Source of the DNA: Utricularia gibba
Lineage: Eukaryota; Plantae; Magnoliophyta
Length of the DNA stretch: 64,000 bases
Direction: 5' to 3'
NCBI GenBank assembly: GCA_002189035.1
Contig: NEEC01000025.1
Span: 675,300-739,299 of the forward strand
Below are positions 38,744 to 51,424 of this stretch, one piece after another. Below the pieces are notes generated by a model that did not search any database, was not told the DNA's origin, and saw only the letters and a program-made list of their open reading frames with translations. Both the position numbers and the translations under genes were made by a program. How positions within the stretch are numbered: position 1 is the first letter of the stretch; each line of letters begins with the position of its first letter.

Positions 38744-41527
38744 AAAGTCGGTCTACTGGGATCCATCTAATATCCGAGTGAGTGGAGGCTGCTCGATGGA
38801 CGTCGTCAGTGACAGACATGCCGCGGGGGAGAAAGTGAGTCAATAACAGCAACAAAGTCATCCACTGGGTAGGTAGGAAGGAGCCAGACTTCACAAGACC
38901 ATTGGAACACCAGCTTGCTCCTATCATCATAGTTCATTCATTCATTCATTTATTAAACACCCCGACACGTTGTTGTCTCTTTTTTGTGTTATTGGTTCCG
39001 TTGGACCGTGATCATCCAAGGATGCCTCCAGTCTTGTTCCATCATTCCGGCTTGCTCACAATGAAGAACTCACAAGGATGACGCTCTTTTACGTGTCTCG
39101 AGTAATTCGGTAGTATCATGTGGTTGAACGGGCTGCGGGGGTCAAGAGTTAAGAGGCGTCGGTTCTCCTTCCTGTCCATGGCCCATCATCCCAAGTAGCT
39201 TAATCTCGCCATTAGCATCAGCAGTAATAGGAGATGTAGAAAAGCGAGTTGTCGGTGGGAGTTTTATAAAGTGTCTGGATTCCATTCCACATCTTCTGCT
39301 TATCAGGAAACCCAATAAAATATAAATTCTTTAATTCTCCTAAAGTTGTTTAGCTTATATATATATATATATATTAAAAAAACGCTTAGCTTATCTTACA
39401 GAGACATTGGGTGGCCAAAAGACATGCCCTCGGTGGCAAGTACACATTTATGAGAGGGAGGAGCAGTTTAGAAGTAAAAATAAACTCCCAAGGTTGGTTT
39501 GTAGTTTGTACTGAGGCCAAGGCTGGGATTGATAAATGGTGGCTGAGGACAAGGACCACAGATGTTTGCTCTGTGGAAGAGAAGAAAATTAAAAAAAAGT
39601 GGAAATGATTGATATAAGCAGGCAGATCCAAGGGACCAAAGGGCTGGCTTTTAATCCCTCACCAAGCACCTCCATTCTTGCTGGTCTGGCCCCAAAGGGG
39701 GAAGCCTGGTCCCTTCACCTGCGAAACCAACGTTCGGTTGGCCGTCAGAGGCGCGGGCAATGCAATGCAATAAATGGTCACCAAGACCCTCAAATACCGG
39801 CAAGGTATGGCAATGGCGTCATCAATCCCTTCTTGCCCATTAAAAAAGACGATAACATTCGTTTAAAATGCTATAACACCTGAAGAAATGGCTCAGATAA
39901 TAAATTTTATCAGCAAAAAAAAAAAAAAAAAAATCCCCTTCAGGAGATCTCTTCTCCCCCCTGCACAAACACCTAAGAAACATCTCCTGCCCCTTGGACA
40001 TTGACAAACTTAGAAGCACAGCTGACCAGGCATGCAAAAAGATACCATAAGCGCTTGCTTTTCTTGATGGGGTTCCTTGCTCACAAGAAAGAGAGAAGGA
40101 AAGAAAAGGTGGCATACATTTCAGGGATAAATAGGAAATTACATGACAGGGCTTCTCTTCCTCGTCTCTCACGCGCAGCAGAGGGGATGGGTCAATGGAG
40201 ATGAAGTAGTTAGAGTAGTTAGTTAAACAGACGATCACCTAAGGTATTTGTTAGACTCTTAACAGTGGTGCAGTGACACAAGTTATGTACCAAGCAATTC
40301 ACACACGGCATGGCTATCAGTTCAAAGTTAACCATCGTAGATATGATCCAGGTTGTATCCATAAAATCCGAGGGAGATAGGCCGGCCAGTTCTGTTTCCC
40401 GTCCAGTCCATACCTTCGGCCGCTTCTAGAGTCTGCTTGCATACCCACCCCAAAAGACAGCATCTTTCTGCTTATCTAGAAACGAGTGCATTCCAAATGA
40501 AAGGAAAAGAAAAATAAAAAATCACCGTACTTCTCTCTCTCTCTCTCTCCAAGTGGTGAATACATTCAGAGATGATGGTTTCAACAACTGCAGTGAAACT
40601 CAAATGGTCCCTATAAGTTTTGCAGGAAAAAAATGCAGGATGATGGAGAAACTGCGACAGGTGCAGCCCTCCTGGTAAATCAAACTTCAATCTTCGAATT
40701 GAAATTAACAATCACCATCGCAGTTAACCATATAATCATAGAACAGTGTCAACCTTCAAGAAAAAAATTGATTAATGAAACTCGGAGGAAGCAGGTTGTC
40801 CGAATCTGGGGATCCATGAGAGATAGCAGTTCATTCTAGGGGACCTGATGGGCTCTGCTTCTCCTTCTCAGCCATCGCTTTCTTCCCTAATTCCTTCCAC
40901 TTGTTGATCCCCGCGGTGCACAAAACTGAATGCAAATGCCGCAGAACAAGAGCTAAGAAAATTCCTATCTCGATTAAATATTTCATTTCCGAACTATTAC
41001 CTCCCGCACCGACAAACCAGAGGAGGCGTATGAGCTTCGGGCCAACCTCTTCACCAGCTGGCACTGGCACTTGCATCTTACGTATCGAAGTGAATTCTTT
41101 GGACCCCAAAACATGTGTTATCTGTAGGGTTGGGCCCAACTCACCCCCTCAACATGGGCCATCGCTTTTTCATTTTTAATAAAACTTGCTTATTTATGAT
41201 GATCACCCGGTGGGCCGGTGCTGATGGATATCGGATACACGCATGCAATATTGGCCCAGAAAAAACTCAGGGGGTCCGTCTCTTAGTTGTTCATTGTTGG
41301 GAAGACTTGGTTGGTGGTGTAATCAGTGACGCAATCCCAATCCCAGAACTAACACTGCATTTGATTCGATGGAGAAACCGGGGGACAGGAACCCCGGTCG
41401 CTAGTCTATTGTAGCATCCTCAGGCACTTGGATTTAAACGAGGAAGTTAGTTTTGGACCATCGAACTCACTATTGTAAGCTGCATGCACTTGCACAGGAA
41501 ACTTTTAAGCAGTTTGATTCTCATGCG

Positions 41528-41834
41528 TGTTAGATTATGCTGCATCAGCGTTACGTCCTGAAGAACTCAGCACACCGGCGTCTATCTGTAATGGTGCGAT
41601 TCTGGAGGAGAGCGAAACCTGGGTTGATTAGAGAATGAGGCCCGGCATCAACCTAGAAAAGCCCAAAGGTCCAAATCATCATCTGAAGCCCACTAACTAC
41701 TGCAACGGTCGACTCTTTCATAGGAAGTGTTTAAATACTTCCAAGTATTACCTGTTGTTAAGTATGTTCTCTATTTGAAACTTACTTCTCAAGCTCAAGC
41801 ACCAACGTTGCTCCAAACCCACAACATATCATCA
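41528..41834 (+). repeat. 5' LTR of the copia element
   Basis: Direct repeat of 45946-46252; 302/307 identical. Confidence 0.95.
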
Positions 41835-41846
41835 TGGTATCAGAGC
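41835..41846 (+). promoter_or_regulatory. Primer binding site complementary to initiator tRNA-Met
   Basis: TGGTATCAGAGC immediately after the 5' LTR. Confidence 0.93.
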
Positions 41847-41937
41847 CCTGTTTCGAACAATGAAGCAGGTATAACACATCACACAACCACACACATCGTT
41901 ACTTTCATTTTTATATCACTAACAACGCAGGAACAAC

Positions 41938-44900
41938 ATGAGCAACAAAACAAACAATTTCAACCGGCTACAACCACCCCAGTTCGATGGAAAGAACTAT
42001 CTTATCTGGGCAGCTAAAATGAAATGCTACATGCAAGCTCTTGGTCTATGGGTCATAGTAATCAAAGATCCACCCACAGACAAAGAAGGAAAAACAAGAG
42101 AACTCACCAAAGAAGAGACAATGGTTAACTCGCAGGCGCTGGTTGCAATTCATGGCTCACTTACTGATGAAATGTTTCTGATGATTGTTAACTGCGAAAC
42201 TGCAAGGGAAGCTTGGAAAATACTAGAAGTGGAATTTTCAGGAACCGAAAATTCAAGACAATCAGAAAGACTAAACCTTTGGAGGGAATTTGACCTGGTG
42301 AGAATGTCAAACTCAGACTCCATTCAGTCATTTGCAAACAAACTCAACAAGCCTATTAGCAAAATCAAGCTACTAGGAGGAACAGTCGAAGACGAGAGAG
42401 TTATTAACAAAATATGCACAAGTATGCCTTCCAAGTTCAGCCCAGTAGTGAGTTCTCATTGCTACAAGGAGTCTCACAAATTTGACACCATCTGAATTAC
42501 TGAACACTCTACGGGGTGAAGAACAAAGGATCAATATGCTAGAAGAACAAGAGAAGCCCCAAGAAAAAATCCTACAAGCAGCCTACATGAACTATAGATC
42601 AAGTCAAAATGAAGGGACGAAAAGGGAGAAAAGAGGACCTCACCCACCTTGCCAATTCTGCAAAGGAAAAAATCACCTCAACAAAGACTGCTTCTGGAAT
42701 CCATCTAACAAGTGTACCTATTGCTCTGCCACAGGACATATTGAGCAGGTATGTCCTGAAAAAAGAAAGGCAAAAGAATTATTAGCAGTAGCTGGTATCT
42801 CCGAAACCTCCCAGGCTATGAGTGATATGATTCTTACTATTACTGAAACTCACACCAGTCTATCTGCAAACGACGAATCATGCACAAAAGACAAGCAATG
42901 GTACCTAGACAGTGGCTGCAGCAACCACCTGACTTATGATATTTCTTGCTTTCAAACCTTGAACTCTCTATCATAAATAAAAATTTTACAAGCTGCTGGA
43001 CAGGAAAAACTTATCCCCGCTGGAATTGACAATATCTCCATATCTGGAAAAATTATCAAAGACGTGTACTATGTGCCAAGAGCTCATCACAACCTCATCA
43101 GTTATGGCCAACTGCAGGATCAGAATATCAACTACACACACGACAGTACTTCCATCACAACTAAAGACTCCACAGGAAAAGTACTCTTTAAGGCAGAGCG
43201 ACATCACAGAGTTTATCCTATCAATTTTTCTCCCAGTGACAGGACTGACCTATGTCTAAGCAGCCTAATGACAGAAACTTGGCATCAACGATTTGGGCAC
43301 ATATGTCAACAAACCTTACTTCACATGCAGCGCCACAAGCTGGTTGATGGGATCTCAGAACTGAAACACCACACAGCTATATGCTCTATATGTCAGCAAG
43401 GAAAGATGAGCAAATTTCCGTTTGAATCTCGAACCTGGAAAAGCTCTCGAAAATTGGAACTTGTGCACTCCGATGTGTGTGGCCCCATGAGCTGTGCAAC
43501 TCCAAGTGGCAACCGGTACTTCCTGCTGTTCATTGACGATTTTACCAAATATGCCTGGATCTTCCTCTTGAAGCATCGATCTCAAGTCCTCTACTATTTC
43601 CAGCTCTTCAAATCTGCAGTTGAAAATGAAACCAAAGAACGGATTGTTAAACTCAGAACTGATAACGGTGGAGAATACTCACCCACCGAGCTGATTACTC
43701 TATGTGAGTCTCAAGGGATCAAGCATGAGTTAACTGCTCCGTACACTCCGCAGCAGAACGGTACCTCAGAACGCAAGAACAGGACCATCATGAACATGAG
43801 CCGGTGTCTCCTGTTTCAAAAAAACCTTGCCAAGCTATTTTTGGGGCGAAGCAATAAATACGTCAATCTATCTTCTAAATCGGTGTACTACTTCCTCTTT
43901 ACCTAACAAAACACCATATGAAGCTTGGTATGGGACACCTCCTCAAGTGAAACATCTGCGCGTTTTTGGAAGTCTCTGTTACATTTATGTGCCTCCAGAA
44001 AAACGCCATGGCAAACTGGATAAACGGGCAGATACCGGAATTTTCTTAGGGTACAGCGACGTCTCCAAGGCATATCGAGTACTGCATCTAATGACACAAA
44101 AAATCGTAATCAGTCGGGATGTCTTAGTAGATGAACAAAAATCCTGGGATTGGACTCCAGAAAATATACCTACTTCCTATGCATGGAACGACCTGTTTAA
44201 AGAGCCGTTTCCTGATACGGATGATGATCTAAGGGATAATTCTCCTACTCCCGCCACCAGCTCAACGTCTCTAATAGATACACCACTCACTCAGCAGCCT
44301 ACCAACACTGATTCCTATATTGACGATGGAGAAGTTCCTGTGCAAGGTTACAGAGACATCAACCAAATATATGCTCGCTGCCTAGTTGCTCAAGAACCTC
44401 CGGACTGGAGTTCTGCCTACCAGGATCCGGCCTGGAAAGCTGCCATGGATTCTGAAATTCAATCAATTGAAAAAAACGAGACATGGGAATTAGTATCCAA
44501 GCCCCCCAACCGTAGAATAATAGGTGTGAAATGGATATTCCGCACAAAGCTAAATGCAAATGGGACTGTGAACAAACTGAAAGCTCGTCTGGTAGCTCAG
44601 GGGTATTCTCAAATACCTGGGATTGATTTCAGTGAGACCTTTGCCCCTGTTGCTCACCTTGATACCATCAAATTACTGATAGCATTGGCTGCCTGCAATC
44701 ACTGGGACATCTTTCACCTGGATGCCAAGAGAGCCTTCTTAAATGGGGCCCTACAAGAGGAAGTATATGTTCAACAGCCTCCTGGATTTGTCAAACAAGG
44801 AGCAGAAAACAAAGTCCTGCTACTCCATAAGGCCCTATACGGTTTAAAGCAAGCACCACGGGCCTGGTATACCAGAATTGACTCCCATTTTCATTCAAGG

Positions 44901-46049
44901 GGTTTTCAAAGGAGCAAAAACGACACCACACTCTATACGTTGAAGAACGAAAAGAAGTACCTCATTCTGTCTCTCTACGTCGACGACATTCTTCTTACTG
45001 GCAATGACAATCATCTACTGAATCAAGAAAAACAGCAACTCATGACTACATTTGAGATGAGCGATCTAGGAACAATGAGCTACTTCTTGGGGCTAGAGAT
45101 CAAGCATACTCCTGATTGCATCTACCTAAGCCAACACAAATATACTGCTGATCTCATAAAAAAATACCACATGAGTAATGCAAAGACTGCTAGTGTACCT
45201 GCCATGAAGCCTGATCAAATCAACGAAGAAGCTTCTGCCAATGATAAAATCTTCAGTAGCTTGATTGGCTCGCTTATATACCTATCTGCTACCAGACCTG
45301 ACATTTGTTTTTATGTCAGCTATCTCTCTCGCTACCTACGGAATCCTCACAAACATCATATGGACGCAGCCAAGCAGATCATCAAATACTTGAACTCAAC
45401 GATGGCCTATGGTCTAGCATTCAAAAAAGGCACAGGTATGAATTCATCTGGATTCACTGACTCTGACTATGCAGGTAGCTTTGAGGATTCAAGGAGCACA
45501 AGCGGTTACCTCTTCACATTCGGATCAGGAGTCTTCAGTTGGGCATCCAGGAAGCAAGACATCATTGCACTATCGACCACTGAAGCGGAATACATTGCAG
45601 CAGTGGAAGCTGCTAAACATGCCATATGGCTCAGGAAAATTCTGGAAGACATAGACCTACCAACTCACGGGGCTACCACCCTTTGGATCGATAATAAGTC
45701 AGCAATTGCTCTAGGGGAAAATCCAACGCAATTCGGGAGGAGCAAACATATCAGAGTTCGATATCATGCTCTTAGAGAGTTTGTATCAAATGGAGAAATC
45801 GCGCTCAAGTATATTCAAACTGAAGAGCAGGCTGCTGACCTACTTACAAAATTCCTGCCGCCCAAACGATTTGCTTACCTAAGAGACAAGGTAGGTATGA
45901 AGGAATGTCCCACAAAAAACTCAGAAGCTTCGCAGCAAGGAGGAGTGTTAGATTATGCTGCATCAGCGTTACGTCCTGAAGAACTCAGCACACCGGCGTC
46001 TATCTGTAATGGTGCGATTCTGGAGGAGAGCGAAACCTGGGTTGATTAG
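41938..46049 (+). pseudogene. Copia gag-pol polyprotein broken by two frameshifts and one in-frame stop
   Basis: ORF pieces 41938-42495, 42482-42976, 43064-43906, 43827-46049. TAA at 42974-42976 is in frame with the following segment; frame changes occur near 42455 and 43825. Confidence 0.9.
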
Positions 46050-46252
46050 AGAATGAGGCCCGGCATCAACCTAGAAAAGCCCAAAGGTCCAAATCATCAT
46101 CTGAAGCCCACTAACTACTGTAACGGTCTACTCTTTCATAGGAAGTGTTTGAATACTTCCAAGTATTACCTGTTGTTAAGTCTGTTCTCTGTTTGAAACT
46201 TACTTCTCAAGCTCAAGCACCAACGTTGCTCCAAACCCACAACATATCATCA
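45946..46252 (+). repeat. 3' LTR of the copia element
   Basis: Preceded by purine tract 45937-45945; ends CATATCATCA. Confidence 0.95.
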
Positions 46253-47180
46253 ATGCTGATAGATAGCTATGTGTATTGTTGCTGATGCCTTGCACTTGCT
46301 TTTCGAGGAATTTGTTGGCCCAATTGTTTTGGTCAAGTTTCCTGGTCCAACGGGTCCTGTTGATTTTTCTATAGCAACATGCATTCAACGCCATGCGCAC
46401 TTGGTCAGTTTTGGAGGGCTGGAGAATCGAACGAAAATCTGGTGCCGCTGGCTGGTAAAGTAACGACCAACCACTATTTGGCTGCACCAAACCGCGCTTC
46501 TTTCCCGGTAGCTTCCATGGAGAAGGAAAGTTTCTTGAAACGCTAGAGAGAGCAAAAACTAGTAGGAGACTAAGAAGGAATCTTGTAGAAAAGTAAGGAA
46601 GAATCGAGAAGATTGAAAGGGTAAAGTTGTGCAATTTTTTTTTTTTTTTTTGGAGTACTGGATGCTTTATGTTCCATCATCCACTAATGTCTGCTACTAG
46701 ATTAATGGCTAATATGCTAGCCAGTCAGACTTGTAAAATATACTCAGAACGAGTTTTATTACTTTCCTCCCATGTCTTCTGCATGCAGTTGCAATTCCGC
46801 GATATGATGGTGTTTAGAGGGTTGAGAAAGCCAGTCTGGTTCGTTTAAAAAAAGAGTGATTCTTGTCTACGAGGGTTACACCATATGATCTCCTTTTTAA
46901 CAGTGGCTTAACTCTTAAACCCAAGCCATGAATCTAGGTGAAGGCTTCTTTAGACGAAGAAACTTCCAAGAAAGATACAGTCTCGGATGTGGGTGGCGGC
47001 TAACCTCATAGTTTTCACACCTGTCCAATACATGCACGAGGTTCAACAGCATAGGCATCACATTCCCTTCCGAATTTGAACGTCTTCATCATAGCCTCCA
47101 TCTATATATATAAACACTTTTGTTTTCGGATTAGGCCATCCTCCCCAACACCTGTTCCGTCTCTGCCCTGCATCGCTAAT

Positions 47181-47444
47181 ATGGCTGCTTTTCGTGCTGT
47201 TTTCACTGTTCTGCTTGTCGTATTGATATGCTTATGCCCTCTAAAACATGCAAGAAATCTTCACGGAATGAAAAATGACAATGCTTTTTACTCCACAGCA
47301 AACTTCTTGCAGGGGTCAATGACAAAAGGCCTTGAGCCACCTTCTTCTCCTACTCATGGTGGTGATGCTGAGACGAGTACAAACACGACGAACTTCGAAT
47401 ATGCTAGCGCAGACTCTACTCCAAGTCCAGGTGCAGGCCATTGA
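47181..47444 (+). CDS. Small secreted peptide precursor, CEP group II (CEP14-like), 87 aa
   Basis: Signal peptide MAAFRAVFTVLLVVLICLCPLKHA, ARNL motif, internal TKGLEPPSSPTHGG, terminal DSTPSPGAGH* resembling the SVPSPGVGH ending of CEP13/14. Confidence 0.75.
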   Translation: MAAFRAVFTVLLVVLICLCPLKHARNLHGMKNDNAFYSTANFLQGSMTKGLEPPSSPTHGGDAETSTNTTNFEYASADSTPSPGAGH

Positions 47445-47778
47445 TTAAGCAGGTCAATTTCTGGCATAGATAAAGAAGGGATTTCCTCACATTCTTTAAG
47501 AGTGAAAGGCTTGTGTATTTGATTCATTCACATATGTTTGTTGCCTTCCCTGTATCATCCACAAGGGTGCCTCGAAAAGTGATGTTTTACGTAGAGTAAA
47601 AGAATACAAATTTGTTTCAGAAACAAGGAGGCACATTAAATACAAGACAAGCTTAAATATATACAAAGTGCTCGTCCCCCAGGTACCTGAAAAATTGGGG
47701 AAAGTCGATCTCCAACTTGCCATGAACTTCCACAAAGCTCATGGTCACTGATCCCGAAGTGCAAACAAAGCTCTGATT

Positions 47779-49140
47779 CTAGTTGAGGTACACGTGACAT
47801 TGAAGAACAGTTCCACAAACTCTGAATCCTGGAACAACCGTGAAAGCCACCCTTGGCTCTGTTGCTGCAGTGGTTTTGTGTGAAAAAAAGGCTTCACCAT
47901 TCAAACTCTCCATCCAAACTTCAGAAAAGCGGCTGCCTCTACCAAACTGAAAAACTGTGACATGTGGATGGAAAGAGAAGGCGAGACAGTGGAGGAGCCA
48001 TATGTGCTTGGCCATTTCAGCGAATTCTGTGAAAAATGGCGTGTGCGGGTAGTCACCAGAATTCACCAAATGCCATTGCTCCAAATTACCAAAGAGAGAT
48101 GACTCCATTTTTGGATGCACAAGCTGCAGATACTTCTTTTGGCAGTATGAGGCAAACCGGGACTTGGGCATCAGGGCAAGATAATCTGATGCCTTGATGG
48201 ACTTCAGCTCCAAAAATTCATCAAAAGACAGAGATCGTCTGTTTTCCTGATCAGAGAACAACTTGTCTTTGGAAACAAAGTCAGGGTAATTGAAACCATC
48301 AAGCATTTCTCTGCATACAAAAGATTCGAATACATAGCGACAGTCAGCTGGCTTTAAGAAAGTAATCCCAGGTTCAATTGCATCGGCCGCAGCAGCGATA
48401 TCCCAGCCAGAAGATTCCATCACACTGATCAGCATCCGCACAAAGCCTTGAATGCATTTTACAGCTCGCTGATAGCCTGTGGTGAAATGAGTTGACTTTA
48501 AGTTTGATAGTGAAACATTACTTCGCACGCCTAACTCTAGCTCTCCAGCTGAGTGCATACTCTTTTCAAGCAACTTCCTGTCCTTGAGGACTCCAGCTAA
48601 CTTCTCTCTCAAAAATTTCAACTCAGAATCCTTGCTCTTTATTTGTAAATCCAGCTTGTTACTTGTGATTTCATATGTCCGAAGCATACTCTTAAGCTCC
48701 TGAATTTCGTAAGAGAAAATAGTAGTCACCAACGATGTCTCCTGCAACTGTTTTTTCAGAAAACAATGCTTCAGTTTTGACAAATTCTTTAGCTCAGCCA
48801 CTATATTTTCATCTGCGGAACGAATCTGTTCAGAATCATAAGGGCACTGAGCCATTTGTAACAGTGCATACGCAGCCTTGATGGTTGATACACTGGAAAA
48901 TACTCCTGCGAAAAAAGCTTCTCTAGCTAGGTTGGCCCTCTGATCTTCATTCTCATCTCGAAAACTAGAAACTGAGGAGAATATGGATTGATCATTTTTC
49001 ATCTGCTCCTGAAACTTTATTTTTGTGGTCCCATCACCTGAACCTGCTCCTGATCCCGAATGAACATGCAAAATCTTTACCATTGCACGTAGCAAGCTGC
49101 TCTTATCTTGAGTAGCCTCTGATCCCTTAACTGAATCCAT
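47779..49140 (-). CDS. DUF641 protein, GIL1/IRKI-like, intronless CDS
   Basis: FSSVSTIKAAYALLQMAQCPYDSEQIRSADENIVAELKNLSKLK, YVFESFVCREMLDGF, FTEFAEMAKHIWLLHCLAFSF, VAFTVVPGFRVCGTVLQCHVYL. A splice acceptor (TTCAG) directly precedes the ATG at 49140. Confidence 0.9.
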   Translation of the reverse strand: MDSVKGSEATQDKSSLLRAMVKILHVHSGSGAGSGDGTTKIKFQEQMKNDQSIFSSVSSFRDENEDQRANLAREAFFAGVFSSVSTIKAAYALLQMAQCPYDSEQIRSADENIVAELKNLSKLKHCFLKKQLQETSLVTTIFSYEIQELKSMLRTYEITSNKLDLQIKSKDSELKFLREKLAGVLKDRKLLEKSMHSAGELELGVRSNVSLSNLKSTHFTTGYQRAVKCIQGFVRMLISVMESSGWDIAAAADAIEPGITFLKPADCRYVFESFVCREMLDGFNYPDFVSKDKLFSDQENRRSLSFDEFLELKSIKASDYLALMPKSRFASYCQKKYLQLVHPKMESSLFGNLEQWHLVNSGDYPHTPFFTEFAEMAKHIWLLHCLAFSFHPHVTVFQFGRGSRFSEVWMESLNGEAFFSHKTTAATEPRVAFTVVPGFRVCGTVLQCHVYLN

Positions 49141-51424
49141 CTGAATCAAGAAACAACTAAAATCAACCACCGGGAACAAGCTTTAACTTAGGATATGAAA
49201 TGAGGTGAAAAATACGTATGAGATTATCATCTAACTGAGACAAAGTTCGATGCCCCATTTTGCGAATAACTACATAAAAGTTTGCAGTTGGGGGTACAAT
49301 TTGATACCATAAACATTCAACCACACGAGTAACAACTGGTAGCATCAAAGTACTGGTCACCCATTGGCCCCACAGTTCACACACAAACTATCCGATCCCG
49401 TATGCAAAAAAAAGTAGAGAATTGTGACGCAATGAGATGTAAAAGAATGGGTTACCGTCTACATGCATGAACTAGAAGGAGGGTACTGCACGTCTCCACA
49501 TGGATGCTCATGAGGCGAAATTTAAGTGAGCCGGGAAAATTGGTAGATGAACACACATGACAAGTGTAACTGATATCGACAAGCAGACAAATTCCCAATC
49601 CCTCAGGGACCACCCCTTCCATTCACCCAACAACTAAATCAAAGATGAATAAAGGTGCAATCTTTCACTAACATGGAAAGCTCCCCTTCGGGAAAGATAT
49701 TCACCAACCAGAAGAACGAACAAAAAAGGTAGAGCATCAAAATTTTATTACATTCTCATTCGGAGGGGAGGAGAAAGAAAACCATTAACTCGATTATGAG
49801 ACACGGGCCCATTCACCACAAGCGCGTGGATGTAATTCAAGTGACCCCAACTTTGTAATATGAAACGGGACAACAAGGAGGGTCGAGAATAAATAGTCCC
49901 TGCTGAATAATGTCTTTGACCATCGCGTAAAAAACTATCGTTACCTTGCAGAGATGGCCCCGATGGTCAAGAGACGCTGCGGATTGACGCTCCTACAACT
50001 GGGGAAAACCCCGACAATGAAATACGCCAGCCACTCTCTTCTCGGTTACTTCCTCCTCAGCTCCTGAAGGCAAGTGCAGAGGCATGCTCATTGTGAGAGC
50101 AGAAAGGCTAGATCTTTGGAAAGAAAAAAAGAAGGATGTAGTGGAAAGGGAAGCACTTTCTCGGGATAAAATCCCGTTAGGAGAAAAAAAGCCTTGACAC
50201 AACAAAGAAAAAGTTCCTGGAGAGGGGCTATGCACTTCAAGACAAAAACCAAACTGAACTACTCACCAGAGGAGCTTGAAGTTACACAGTCACGCCTGAG
50301 ATAAGAGAAAAAAGAAAAATACGGGCTTGATTCTGAGAAAAAGATCTTGTCAGATTAGGGTAGAGGGGAGGAGGAATGCACCAACAACTGCGCTGGAGGC
50401 GGAGGAGGAGAAGCTAAATTGAATTAGAAAAGGAGAAAATGGAGTAGAAAGAAATACGGGCAGAGAAATCAGCAGAACTAATGACAAACGGACGGTGGAA
50501 TTAAAAACGTGGGGACGGATTCCATCCGGACATTTTTGACCCTTGTTGTATGAACAGCCTCCCTCCGGAAGCAAGTTGAACCGCCGCTTTGAGGGCACGA
50601 GGGTCTTTTAAATCCCTGCATTAATCACGTAGCGGGGTGTGTATGAAAGAAACGGACAAGTAACAAAAGCAGAATGTTCTCTCTCTACCCACACACTCAC
50701 TCATAAATAGTATAATTTCATTCCAGACTCCCTCGTCTCCTTCATCAGAGATGCACATTATACAATTGTTCATCATTCGACTTTTCAGCGCATTGCTTCC
50801 CAGTCAGTGGTATCAGAAAAGGAATAGCTAGCTAGCTAGCTAGCAATATTTATCTGTATAGATGGGCATGGCCAGAAGCTCATAGAGATGTTTATTTATC
50901 TCAAGTAAAGCGATTGGTGTTTGGGGTGGGAGAAGGCGTACTCAAACATGACTATGACCCATCGAATACGGAGTCTGATGATGGGAATGGGTGCTACTGC
51001 TGCTAATGGAGAGAAAAGCCTGCAACAGGATAAGATTTCCATGTACCGCAGTGCAGCTTAACTCCACAAGTTCAGCACAAGCTTGTTTCGCTTCTTCTAA
51101 TCCACACACACGCATACATGCTGGCTGGCTGGGCTCGAGCCTACCTACCTAGCCCCTCTGCCATCTCCACACTTCTCCCATCTCATTTGGGATTTGAACC
51201 TCCATTTCATTTTCAGGTGCTACATGTCTGTCTTGGCGTTGCGCCAAGGCCCAAAATAGATGAATCAAATATCATGCAACCCACAGCCCAACAAGTACTT
51301 AATTCCATCGGCGTACCACTATTCCATGATCCAATCAATAATTTCTACCTACGCCTTGCCTTGAATAATCTATCCACGGAGGCGCCGTCTACATACAATC
51401 AATCAATTGATCCCCAATCCGGTA

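Larger units (their letters stand above)
41528..46252 (+). mobile_element. Full-length Ty1/copia LTR retrotransposon, 4725 bp, coding region disrupted; size and short LTRs suggest the Ale lineage
   Basis: 307-bp LTRs (41528-41834, 45946-46252), TG...CA, 5 mismatches. PBS TGGTATCAGAGC; PPT AAGGAGGAG; TSD ATGCG/ATGCT (4/5). Order gag (two CCHC knuckles), PR (WYLDSGCSNH), INT (HHCC; VHSD, TDNGGEY, ERKNRT), RT (YVDD), RNaseH (TDSDYAG, EAEY, IDNKSAI). Confidence 0.97.

Noticed and set aside
40831-40990. Short minus-strand ORF with a hydrophobic start and KQSPSGP, like a CLE precursor
   Set aside because: Lacks the conserved Arg and the terminal P-x-H-H/N of the CLE motif; changing the C run by one base does not create it.
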